From assembly GCA_964016885.1 (NCBI GenBank), contig OZ024750.1, positions 42,718,001-42,782,000 of the forward strand: a DNA stretch of 64,000 nucleotides, written 5' to 3'. Position numbers and translations under genes: made by a program. The notes beneath the pieces are model-generated. The model was not told the origin of the DNA. It was given only the letters and a program-made list of their open reading frames with translations, and did not search any database. The DNA comes from Eledone cirrhosa. Taxonomy: Eukaryota. Positions 44,001 through 58,700 of this stretch are shown here, in pieces. Numbering within the stretch: the first letter of the stretch is position 1; each line of letters starts with the position of its first letter.

Positions 44001-47000
44001 TGTCATTGTCACCACCACAGTTGTCATCATCATTGTCTTTGTCACCACCACAGTTGTCATCATCATTGTCATTGTCATCACCACAGTTGTCATCATCATT
44101 GTCACTGTCACCACCACAGTTGTCATCATCATTGTCACTGTCACCACCACAGTTGTCATCATCATTGTCACTGTCACCACCACAGTTGTCATCATCATTG
44201 TCATTGTCACCACCACAGTTGTCATCATCATTGTCATTGTCACCACCACAGTTGTCATCGTCATTGTCATTGTCATCACCACAGTTGTCATCATCATTGT
44301 CACTGTCACCACCACAGTTGTCATCATCATTGTCATTGTCACCACCACAGTTGTCATCGTCATTGTCATTGTCATCACCACAGTTTTCATCATCATTGTC
44401 ACTGTCACCACCACAGTTGTCATCATCATTGTCATTGTCATCACCACAGTTGTCATCATCATTGTCATTGTCACCACCACAGTTGTCATCGTCATTGTCA
44501 TTGTCATCACCACAGTTGTCATCCACATTGTCACTGTCACCACCACAGTTGTCATCATCATTGTCATTGTCATCACCACAGTTGTCATCATCATTGTCAT
44601 TGTCATCACCACAGTTGTCATCATCATTGTCACTGTCACCACCACAGTTGTCATCATCATTGTCATTGTCATCACCACAGTTGTCATCATCATTGTCACT
44701 GTCACCACCACAGTTGTCATCATCATTGTCATTTTCATCACCACAGTTGTCATCATCATTGTCATTGTCACCACCACAGTTGTCATCGTCATTGTCATTG
44801 TCACCACCACAGTTGTCATCATCATTGTCATTGTCATCACCACAGTTGTCATCATCATTGTCACTGTCACCAACACAGTTGTCACCATCATTGTCATTGT
44901 CACCACCACAGCTGTCATCATCATTGTCATTGTCACCACCACAGTTGTCATCGTCATTGTCATTGTCATCACCACAGTTGTCATCATCATTGTCATTGTC
45001 ACCACCACAGTTGTCACCATCATTGTCATTGTCACCACCACAGTTGTCACCACCACAGCTGTCATCATCATTGTCATTGTCACCACCACAGTTGTCATCA
45101 TCATTGTCACTGTCACCACCACAGTTGTCATCATCATTGTTATTGTCACCACCACAGTTGTCATCATCATCTTCACTGTCACTACCACAGTTGTCATCAT
45201 CATTGTCATTGTCACTACCACAGTTGTCATCATCATTGTCATTGTCACCAACACAGTTGTCATCATCATTGTCATTGTCACCACCACAGTTGTCATCATC
45301 ATTGTCATTGTCACCACCACAGTTGTCATCTCTGTTGTCACTGTCACCACCACAGTTGTCATCATCATTGTCATTGTCACCACCACAGTTGTCATCTCTG
45401 TTGTCACTGTCACCACCACAGTTGTCATCATCATTGTCATTGTCACCACCACAGTTGTCATCATCATTGTCATTGTCACTACCACAGTTGTCATCATCAT
45501 TGTCATTGTCACCACCACAGTTGTCATCATCGTTGTCATTGTCAACACCACAGTTGTCATCATCATTGTCACTGTCACCAACACAGTTGTCATCATCATT
45601 GTCATTGTCACCACCACAGTTGTCATCTCTGTTGTCACTGTCACCACCACAGTTGTCATCATCATTGTCATTGTCACCACCACAGTTGTCATCATCATTG
45701 TCATTATCACTACCACAGTTGTCATCATCATCGTCATTGTCACCACCACAGTTGTCATCATCATTGTCATTGTCACCACCACAGTTGTCATCATCATTGT
45801 CACTGTCACCAACACAGTTGTCATCATCATTGTCACTGTCACCACCACAGTTGTCATCATCATTGTCATTGTCACCACCACAGTTGTCATCATCATTGTA
45901 ATTGTCATCACCACAGTTGTCATCATCATTGTCACTGTCACCAACACAGCTGTCATCATCATTGTCATTGTCACCACCACAGCTGTCATCATCATTGTCA
46001 TTGTCACCACCACAGTTGTCATCATCATTGTCATTGTCACCAACAAAGTTGTCATCATCATTGTCATTGTCACCACCACAGTTGTCATCATCATTGTCAT
46101 TGTCACTACCACAGTTGTCATCATCTTCACTGTCACCACCACAGTTGTCATCATCATTGTCATTGTCACCACCACAGTTGTCATCATCATTGTCATTGTC
46201 ACCACCACAGTTGTCATCATCATTGTCACTGTCACCAACACAGTTGTCATCATCATTGTCATTGTTACCACCACAGTTGTCATCATCATTGTCATTGTCA
46301 CCACCACAGTTGTCATCATCATTGTAATTGTCATCACCACAGTTGTCATCATCATTGTCACTGTCACCAACACAGTTGTCATCATCATTGTCACTGTCAC
46401 CAACACAGTTGTCATCATCATTGTCACTGTCACCACCACAGTTGTCATCATCATTGTCATTGTCACCACCACAGTTGTCATCATCATTGTCATTGTCACC
46501 AACACAGTTGTCATCATCATTGTCATTGTCACCACCACAGTTTTCATCATCATTGTCATTGTCACCAACACAGTTGTCATCATCATTGTCATTGTCACCA
46601 CCACAGTTTTCATCATCATTGTCATTGTCACCACCACAGTTGTCATCATCATTGTCATTGTCACCACCACAGTTGTCATCATCATTGTCATTGTCACCAA
46701 CACAGTTGTCATCATCATTGTCATTGTCACCACCACAGTTGTCATCATCATTGTAATTGTCATCACCACAGTTGTCATCATCATTGTCACTGTCACCAAC
46801 ACAGTTGTCATCATCATTGTCACTGTCACCAACACAGTTGTTATGATCATTGTCACTGTCACCACCACAGTTGTCATCATCATTGTCATTGTCACCACCA
46901 CAGTTGTCATCATCATTGTCATTGTCACCAACACAGTTGTCATCATCATTGTCATTGTCACCACCACAGTTTTCATCATCATTGTCACTGTCACCACCAC

Positions 47001-49770
47001 AGTTGTCATCATCATTGTCATTGTCACCACCACAGTTGTCATCATCATTGTCACTGTCACCACCACAGCTGTCATCATCATTGTCATTGTCACCACCACA
47101 GTTGTCATCATCATTGTCATTGTCACCACCACAGTTGTCATCATCATTGTCATTGTCATCACCACGGTTGTCATCATCATTATCACTGTCACCACCACAG
47201 TTGTCATCATCATTGTCATTGTCACCACCACAGTTGTCATCATCATTGTCATTGTCACCACCACAGTTGTCATCATCATTGTCATTGTCACCACCACAGT
47301 TGTCATCATCATTGGCATTGCCATCACCACAGTTGTCATCATCATTGTCATTGTCACCACCACAGTTGTCATCATCATTGTCATTGTCATCACCACAGTT
47401 GTCATCATCATTGTCATTGTCACCACCACAGTTGTCATCATCATTGTCATTGTCACCACCACAGTTGTCATCATCATTGTCATTGTCACCACCACAGTTG
47501 TCATCATCATTGTCATTGTCACCAACACAGTTGTCATCATCATTGTCCCTGTCACCAACACAGTTGTCATCATCATTATCACTGTCACCAACACAGTTGT
47601 CATCATCATTGTCACTGTCACCACCACAGTTGTCATCATCATTGTCGTTGTCACCACCACAGTTGTCATCATCATTGTTATTGTCACCACCACAGTTGTC
47701 ATCATCATTGTCACTGTCACCAACACAGTTGTCATCATCATTGTCATTGTCACCACCACAGTTGTCATCTCTGTTGTCACTGTCACCACCACAGTTGTCA
47801 TCATCATTGTCACTGTCACCACCACAGTTGTCATCATCATTGTCATCATCACCACCACAGTTGTCATCATCATTGTCATTGTCACCACCACAGTTGTCAT
47901 CATCATTGTCATTGTCACCACCACAGTAGTCATCATCATTGTCATTGTCACCAACACAGTTGTCATCATCATTGTCACTGTCACCACCACAGTTGTCATC
48001 ATCATTGTCACTGTCACCACCACAGTTGTCATCATCATTGTCACTGTCACCAACACAGTTGTCATCATCATTGTCATTGTCACCACCACAGTTGTCATCA
48101 TCATTGTCATTGTCACCACCACAGTTGTCATCATCATTGTCAATGTCACCACCACAGTTGTCATCTCTGTTGTCACTGTCACCACCACAGTTGTCATCAT
48201 CATTGTCACTGTCACCAACACAGTTGTCATCATCATTGTCATTGTCACCACCACAGTTGTCATCATCATTGTCATTGTCACCAACACAGTTGTCATCATC
48301 ATTGTCAGTCACTACCACAGTTGTCATCATCATTGTCATTGTCACCACCACAGTTGTCATCATCATTGTCATTGTCACCACCACAGTTGTCATCATCATT
48401 GTCATTGTCACAACCACAGTTGTCATCATCATTGTCATTGTCACCAACACAGTTGTCATCATCATTGTCAGTCACTACCACAGTTGTCATCATCATTGTC
48501 ATTGTCACCACCACAGTTGTCATCATCATTGTCAGTCACCACCACAGTTATCATCATCATTGTCATTGTCACCACCACAGTTGTCATCATCATTGTCACT
48601 GTCACCACCACAGTTGTCATCTCTGTTGTCACTGTCACCACCACAGTTGTCATCATCATTGTCACTGTCACCAACACAGTTGTCATCATCATTGTCATTG
48701 TCACCACCACAGTTGTCATCATCATTGTCATTGTCACCAACACAGTTGTCATCATCATTGTCAGTCACCACCACAGTTGTCATCATCATTGTCACTGTCA
48801 CCACCACAGTTGTCATCATCATCTTCACTGTCACCACCACAGTTGTCATCATCATTGTCATTGTCACCAACACAGTTGTCATCATCATTGTCACTGTCAC
48901 CACCACAGTTGTCATCATCATCTTCACTGTCACCACCACAGTTGTCATCATCATTGTCATTGTCACCACCACAGTTGTCATCATCATTGTCACTGTCACC
49001 ACCACAGTTGTCATCATCATTGTCACTGTCACCACCACAGTTGTCATCATCATTGTCACTGTCACCACCACAGTTGTCATCTCTGTTGTCACTGTCACAA
49101 CCACAGTTGTCATCATCATTGTCACTGTCACCACCACAGTTGTCATCATCATTGTCACTGTCACCACCACAGTTGTCATCATCATCTTCACTGTCACCAC
49201 CACAGTTGTCATCATCATTGTCCCTGTCACCACCACAGTTGTCATCATCATCGTCACTGTCACCACCACAGTTGTCATCATCATTGTCATTGTCACCACC
49301 ACAGTTGTCATCATCATTGTCACTGTCACCACCACAGTTGTCATCATCATGGTCACTGTCACCACCACAGTTGTCATCATCATTGTCATTGTCATCACCA
49401 CAGTTGTCATCATCATTGTCACTGTCACCACCACAGTTGTCATCCCTGTTGTCACTGTCACAACCACAGTTGTCATCATCATTGTCACTGTCACCACCAC
49501 AGTTGTCATCATCATTGTCACTGTCACCACCACAGTTGTCATCACTGTTGTCATTGTCATCACCACAGTTGTCATCATCATTGTCACTGTCACCACCACA
49601 GTTGTCATCATCATTGTCACTGTCACAACCACAGTTGTCATCATCATTGTCACTGTCACCACCACAGTTGTCATCACTGTTGTCATTGTCATCACCACAG
49701 ATGTCATCATCATTGTCACTGTCACCACCACAGTTGTCATCATCATTGTCATTGTCATCACCACAGTTGT
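29036..49770. repeat. Higher-order repeat copy B (~20.7 kb), tandem duplicate of copy A
   Basis: GTCAAGATC 29047 (offset 22276), ATTGCACC 36421 and CACAAACA 38036 (offset 20584), TGTCAGTCAC x4 from 48303 (offset 20722). The ORF track also repeats, e.g. 941-aa ORFs at 15652 and 36236 and 359-aa ORFs at 26128 and 46850. Confidence 0.85.
38610..41900. repeat. 1974-bp-offset duplication, private to copy B
   Basis: ACCTCAG 38845/40819, ATGGTAATT ~39055/~41029, ACCCCCAC ~39562/~41536. Identical 76-aa ORFs at 39062 and 41036. Confidence 0.85.
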
Positions 49771-52700
49771 CATCATCATTGTCATTGTCATCACCACAGT
49801 TGTCATCATCATTGTCATTGTCACCACCACAGTTGTCATCATCATTGTCACTGTCACCACCACAGTTGTCATCATCATTCTCATTGTCATCACCACAGTT
49901 GTCATCATCATTGTCATTGTCATCACCACAGTTGTCATCATCATTGTCATTGTCATCACCACAGTTGTCATCATCATTGTCACTGTCATCACCACAGTTG
50001 TCATCATCATTGTCATTGTCACCACCACAGTTGTCACCATCATTGTCATTGTTACCACCACAGTTGTCACCACCACAGCTGTCATCATCATTGTCATTGT
50101 CACCACCACAGCTGTCATCATCATTGTCATTGTCACCACCACAGTTGTCATCATCATTTTCACTGTCACCACCACAGTTGTCATCATCATTGTAATTGTC
50201 ACCACCACAGTTGTCATCATCATTGTAATTGTCACCACCACAGTTGTCATCATCATTGTCACTGTCACCACCACAGTTGTCATCATCATTGTCACTGTCA
50301 TCACCACAGTTGTCATCATCATTGTCATTGTCACCACCACAGTTGTCACCATCATTGTCATTGTTACCACCACAGTTGTCACCACCACAGCTGTCATCAT
50401 CATTGTCATTGTCACCACCACAGCTGTCATCATCATTGTCACTGTAACCACCACAGTTGTCACCATCATTGTCACTGTCACCACCACAGTTGTCATCATC
50501 ATTGTCACTGTCAACACCACAGTTGTCATCATCATTGTCATTGTCATCACCACAGTTGTCATCATCATTGTCATTGTCACCACCACAGTTGTCATCATCA
50601 TTGTCACTGTCACCACCACAGTTGTCATCATCATTGTCATTGTCACCACCACAGTTGTCATCATCATTGTAATTGTCACCACCACAGTTGTCATCATCAT
50701 TGTCACTGTCACCAACACAGTTGTCATCATCATTGTCATTGTCACCACCACAGTTGTCATCATCATTGTCACTGTCACCACCACAGTTGTCATCATCATT
50801 GTCATTGTCACCACCACAGTTGTCATCATCATTGTAATTGTCACCACCACAGTTGTCATCATCATTGTCATTGTCATCACCACAGTTGTCATCATCATTG
50901 TCATTGTCACCACCACAGTTGTCACCACCACAGTTGTCATCATCATCGTCATTGTCACCACCACAGTTGTCATCATCATTGTCATTGTCACCACCACAGT
51001 TGTCATCATCATCGTCATTGTCACCACCACAGTTGTCATCATCTTTGTCACTGTCACCACCACAGTTGTCACCATCATTGTCATTGTCACCACCACAGTT
51101 GTCATCATCATTGTCATTGTCACCACCACAGTTGTCATCATCATTGTCACTGTCACCACCACAGTTGTCACCATCATTGTCATTGTCACCACCACAGTTG
51201 TCATCATCATTGTCATTGTCACCACCACAGTTGTCATCATCATTGTCACTGTCACCACCACAGTTGTCATCATCATTGTCATTGTCATTACCACAGTTGT
51301 CATCATCATTGTCATTGTCACCACCACAGTTGTCATCATCATTGTCATTGTCACCACCACAGTTGTCATCATCATTGTCACTGTCACCACCACAGTTGTC
51401 ACCATCATTGTCATTGTCACCACCACAGTTGTCATCATCATTGTCATTGTCACCACCACAGTTGTCATCATCATTGTCACTGTCACCACCACAGTTGTCA
51501 TCATCATTGTCATTGTCATCACCACAGTTGTCAGCATCATTGTCACTGTCACCACCACAGTTGTCATCATCATTGTCATTGTCACCACCACAGTTGTCAT
51601 CATCATTGTCATTGTCACCACCACAGTTGTCATCATCATTGTCATTGTCACCACCACAGTTGTCATCATCATTGTCATTGTCACTACCACAGTTGTCATC
51701 ATCATTGTCATTGTCATCACCACAGTTGTCATCATCATTGTCATTGTCACCACCACAGTTGTCATCATCATTGTCACTGTCACCACCACAGTTGTCACCA
51801 TCATTGTCATTGTCACCACCACAGTTGTCACCACCACAGCTGTCATCATCATTGTCATTGTCACCACCACAGTTGTCATCGTCATTGTCATTGTCATCAC
51901 CACAGTTGTCATCATCATTGTCATTGTCACCACCACAGTTGTCACCATCATTATCATTGTCACCACCACAGTTGTCACCACCACAGTTGTCATCATCATT
52001 GTCATTGTCACCACCACAGTTGTCATCGTCATTGTCATTGTCATCACCACAGTTGTCAACATCATTGTCACTGTCACCACCACAGTTGTCATCATCATTG
52101 TCATTGTCATCACCACAGTTGTCAACATCATTGTCACTGTCACCACCACAGTTGTCATCATCATTGTCATTGTCACCACAACAGTTGTCATCATCATTGT
52201 CATTGTCACCACCACAGTTGTCATCATCATTGTCACTGTCACCACCACAGTTGTCATCATCATCGTCACTGTCTCCACCACAGTTGTCATCATCATTGTC
52301 ACTGTCACCACCACAGCTGTCATCATCATTGTCATTGTCACCACCACAGTTGTCATCATCATTGTCACTGTCACCACCACAGTTGTCATCATCATTGTCA
52401 TTGTCATCACCACAGTTGTCATCATCATTGTCATTGTCATCACCACAGTTGTCAACATCATTGTCACTGTCACCACCACAGTTGTCATCATCATTGTCTT
52501 TGTCACCACCACAGTTGTCATCATCATTGTCACTGTCTCCACCACAGTTGTCATCATCATTGTCACTGTCACCACCACAGTTGTCATCATCATTGTCACT
52601 GTCTCCACCACAGTTGTCATCATCATTGTCACTGTCACCAGTACAGTTGTCATCATCATTGTCACTGTCACCACCACAGTTGTCATCATCATTGTCACTG

Positions 52701-55700
52701 TCACCACCACAGTTGTCATCATCATTGTCACTGTCACCACCACAGTTGTCATCATCATTGTCACTGTCACCACCACAGTTGTCATCATCATTGTCACTGT
52801 CACCACCACAGTTGTCATCATCATTGTCACTGTCACCACCACAGTTGTCATCATCATTGTCATTGTCATCACCACAGTTGTCATCATCATTGTCACTGTC
52901 ACCACCACAGTTGTCATCATCATTGTCACTGTCACCACCACAGTTGTCATCATCATTGTCACTGTCACCACCACAGTTGTCATCATCATTGTCACTGTCA
53001 CCACCACAGTTGTCATCATCATTGTCACTGTCACCACCACAGTTGTCATCATCATTGTCACTGTCATCACCACAGTTGTCATCATCATTGTCACTGTCAC
53101 CACCACAGCTGTCATCATCATTGTCATTGTCACCAACACAGTTGTCATCATCATTGTCACTGTCACCACCACAGTTGTCATCATCATTGTCATTGTCATC
53201 ACCACAGTTGTCATCATCATTGTCATTGTCATCACCACAGTTGTCAACATCATTGTCACTGTCACCACCACAGTTGTCATCATCATTGTCATTGTCACCA
53301 ACACAGTTGTCATCATCATTGTCATTGTCACCACCACAGTTGTCATCATCATTGTCACTGTCACCACCACAGTTGTCATCATCATTGTCACTGTCTCCAC
53401 CACAGTTGTCATCATCATTGTCACTGTCACCACCACAGCTGTCATCATCATTGTCATTGTCACCACCACAGTTGTCATCATCATTGTCACTGTCACCACC
53501 ACAGTTGTCATCATCATTGTCATTGTCATCACCACAGTTGTCATCATCATTGTCATTGTCATCACCACAGTTGTCAACATCATTGTCACTGTCACCACCA
53601 CAGTTGTCATTATCATTGTCATTGTCATCACCACAGTTGTCATCATCATTGTCATTGTCACCACCACAGTTGTCACCACCACAGTTGTCATCATCATCGT
53701 CATTGCACCACCACAGTTGTCATCATCATTGTCATTGTCACCACCACAGTTGTCATCATCATCGTCATTGTCACCACCACATTAGTCATCATCATTGTCA
53801 CTGTCACCACCACAGTTGTCACCATCATTGTCATTGTCACCACCACAGTTGTCATCATCATTGTCATTGTCACCACCACAGTTGTCATCATCATTGTCAC
53901 TGTCACCACCACAGTTGTCACCATCATTGTCATTGTCACCACCACATTTGTCATCATCATTGTCATTGTCACCACCACAGTTGTCATCATCATTGTCACT
54001 GTCACCACCACAGTTGTCATCATCATTGTCATTGTCATCACCACAGTTGTCATCATCATTGTCACTGTCACCACCACAGTTGTCATCATCATTGTCATTG
54101 TCATCACCACAGTTGTCATCATCATTGTCATTGTCACCACCACAGTTGTCATCATCATTGTCATTGTCACCACCACAGTTGTCATCATCTTTGTCACTGT
54201 CACCACCACAGTTGTCACCATCATTGTCATTGTCACCACCACAGTTGTCATCATCATTGTCATTGTCACCACCACAGTTGTCATCATCATTGTCACTGTC
54301 ACCACCACAGTTGTCATCATCATTGTCATTGTCATCACCACAGTTGTCATCATCATTGTCACTGTCACCACCACAGTTGTCATCATCATTGTCATTGTCA
54401 CCACCACAGTTGTCATCATCATTGTCATTGTCACCACCACAGTTGTCATCATCATTGTCATTGTCACCACCACAGTTGTCATCATCATTGTCATTGTCAC
54501 TACCACAGTTGTCATCATCATTGTAATTGTCACCACCACAGTTGTCATCATCATTGTAATTGTCACCACCACAGTTGTCATCATCATTGTCACTGTCACC
54601 ACCACAGTTGTCATCATCATTGTCACTGTCATCACCACAGTTGTCATCATCATTGTCATTGTCACCACCACAGTTGTCACCATCATTGTCATTGTTACCA
54701 CCACAGTTGTCACCACCACAGCTGTCATCATCATTGTCATTGTCACCACCACAGCTGTCATCATCATTGTCACTGTAACCACCACAGTTGTCACCATCAT
54801 TGTCACTGTCACCACCACAGTTGTCATCATCATTGTCACTGTCAACACCACAGTTGTCATCATCATTGTCATTGTCATCACCACAGTTGTCATCATCATT
54901 GTCATTGTCACCACCACAGTTGTCATCATCATTGTCACTGTCACCACCACAGTTGTCATCATCATTGTCATTGTCACCACCACAGTTGTCATCATCATTG
55001 TAATTGTCACCACCACAGTTGTCATCATCATTGTCACTGTCACCAACACAGTTGTCATCATCATTGTCATTGTCACCACCACAGTTGTCATCATCATTGT
55101 CACTGTCACCACCACAGTTGTCATCATCATTGTCATTGTCACCACCACAGTTGTCATCATCATTGTAATTGTCACCACCACAGTTGTCATCATCATTGTC
55201 ATTGTCATCACCACAGTTGTCATCATCATTGTCATTGTCACCACCACAGTTGTCATCATCATCGTCATTGTCACCACCACAGTTGTCATCATCATTGTCA
55301 TTGTCACCACCACAGTTGTCATCATCATCGTCATTGTCACCACCACAGTTGTCATCATCTTTGTCACTGTCACCACCACAGTTGTCACCATCATTGTCAT
55401 TGTCACCACCACAGTTGTCATCATCATTGTCATTGTCACCACCACAGTTGTCATCATCATTGTCACTGTCACCACCACAGTTGTCACCATCATTGTCATT
55501 GTCACCACCACAGTTGTCATCATCATTGTCATTGTCACCACCACAGTTGTCATCATCATTGTCACTGTCACCACCACAGTTGTCATCATCATTGTCATTG
55601 TCATTACCACAGTTGTCATCATCATTGTCATTGTCACCACCACAGTTGTCATCATCATTGTCATTGTCACCACCACAGCTGTCATCATCATTGTCACTGT

Positions 55701-58700
55701 CACCACCACAGTTGTCACCATCATTGTCATTGTCACCACCACAGTTGTCATCATCATTGTCATTGTCACCACCACAGTTGTCATCATCATTGTCACTGTC
55801 ACCACCACAGTTGTCATCATCATTGTCATTGTCATCACCACAGTTGTCAGCATCATTGTCACTGTCACCACCACAGTTGTCATCATCATTGTCATTGTCA
55901 CTACCACAGTTGTCATCATCATTGTCATTGTCATCACCACAGTTGTCATCATCATTGTCATTGTCACCACCACAGTTGTCATCATCATTGTCACTGTCAC
56001 CACCACAGTTGTCACCATCATTGTCATTGTCACCACCACAGTTGTCACCACCACAGCTGTCATCATCATTGTCATTGTCACCACCACAGTTGTCATCGTC
56101 ATTGTCATTGTCATCACCACAGTTGTCATCATCATTGTCATTGTCACCACCACAGTTGTCACCATCATTATCATTGTCACCACCACAGTTGTCACTACTA
56201 CAGTTGTCATCATCATTGTCATTGTCACCACCACAGTTGTCATCGTCATTGTCATTGTCATCACCACAGTTGTCAACATCATTGTCACTGTCACCACCAC
56301 AGTTGTCATCATCATTGTCATTGTCATCACCACAGTTGTCAACATCATTGTCACTGTCACCACCACAGTTGTCATCATCATTGTCATTGTCACCACAACA
56401 GTTGTCATCATCATTGTCATTGTCACCACCACAGTTGTCATCATCATTGTCACTGTCACCACCACAGTTGTCATCATCATCGTCACTGTCTCCACCACAG
56501 TTGTCATCATCATTGTCACTGTCACCACCACAGCTGTCATCATCATTGTCATTGTCACCACCACAGTTGTCATCATCATTGTCACTGTCACCACCACAGT
56601 TGTCATCATCATTGTCATTGTCATCACCACAGTTGTCATCATCATTGTCATTGTCATCACCACAGTTGTCAACATCATTGTCACTGTCACCACCACAGTT
56701 GTCATCATCATTGTCTTTGTCACCACCACAGTTGTCATCATCATTGTCACTGTCTCCACCACAGTTGTCATCATCATTGTCACTGTCACCACCACAGTTG
56801 TCATCATCATTGTCACTGTCTCCACCACAGTTGTCATCATCATTGTCACTGTCACCACCACAGTTGTCATCATCATTGTCACTGTCACCACCACAGTTGT
56901 CATCATCATTGTCACTGTCACCACCACAGTTGTCATCATCATTGTCACTGTCACCACCACAGTTGTCATCATCATTGTCACTGTCACCACCACAGTTGTC
57001 ATCATCATTGTCACTGTCACCACCACAGTTGTCATCATCATTGTCACTGTCACCACCACAGTTGTCATCATCATTGTCATTGTCATCACCACAGTTGTCA
57101 TCATCATTGTCACTGTCACCACCACAGTTGTCATCATCATTGTCACTGTCACCACCACAGTTGTCATCATCATTGTCACTGTCACCACCACAGTTGTCAT
57201 CATCATTGTCACTGTCACCACCACAGTTGTCATCATCATTGTCACTGTCACCACCACAGTTGTCATCATCATTGTCACTGTCATCACCACAGTTGTCATC
57301 ATCATTGTCACTGTCACCACCACAGCTGTCATCATCATTGTCATTGTCACCAACACAGTTGTCATCATCATTGTCACTGTCACCACCACAGTTGTCATCA
57401 TCATTGTCATTGTCATCACCACAGTTGTCATCATCATTGTCATTGTCATCACCACAGTTGTCAACATCATTGTCACTGTCACCACCACAGTTATCATTGT
57501 CATTGTCACCAACACAGTTGTCATCATCATTGTCATTGTCACCACCACAGTTGTCATCATCATTGTCACTGTCACCACCACAGTTGTCATCATCATTGTC
57601 ACTGTCTCCACCACAGTTGTCATCATCATTGTCACTGTCACCACCACAGCTGTCATCATCATTGTCATTGTCACCACCACAGTTGTCATCATCATTGTCA
57701 CTGTCACCACCACAGTTGTCATCATCATTGTCATTGTCATCACCACAGTTGTCATCATCATTGTCATTGTCATCACCACAGTTGTCAACATCATTGTCAC
57801 TGTCACCACCACAGTTGTCATCATCATTGTCATTGTCATCACCACAGTTGTCATCATCATTGTCATTGTCACCACCACAGTTGTCACCACCACAGTTGTC
57901 ATCATCATCGTCATTGCACCACCACAGTTGTCATCATCATTGTCATTGTCACCACCACAGTTGTCATCATCATCGTCATTGTCACCACCACATTAGTCAT
58001 CATCATTGTCACTGTCACCACCACAGTTGTCACCATCATTGTCATTGTCACCACCACAGTTGTCATCATCATTGTCATTGTCACCACCACAGTTGTCATC
58101 ATCATTGTCACTGTCACCACCACAGTTGTCACCATCATTGTCATTGTCACCACCACATTTGTCATCATCATTGTCATTGTCACCACCACAGTTGTCATCA
58201 TCATTGTCACTGTCACCACCACAGTTGTCATCATCATTGTCATTGTCATCACCACAGTTGTCATCATCATTGTCACTGTCACCACCACAGTTGTCATCAT
58301 CATTGTCATTGTCATCACCACAGTTGTCATCATCATTGTCATTGTCACCACCACAGTTGTCATCATCATTGTCATTGTCACCACCACAGTTGTCATCATC
58401 ATTGTCACTGTCACCACCACAGTTGTCACCATCATTGTCGTTGTCACCACCACAGTTGTCATCATCATTGTCATTGTCACCACCACAGTTGTCATCATCA
58501 TTGTCACTGTCACCACCACAGTTGTCATCATCATTGTCATTGTCATCACCACAGTTGTCATCATCATTGTCACTGTCACCACCACAGTTGTCATCATCAT
58601 TGTCATTGTCACCACCACAGTTGTCATCATCATTGTCATTGTCACCACCACAGTTGTCATCATCATTGTCATTGTCACCACCACAGTTGTCATCATCATT

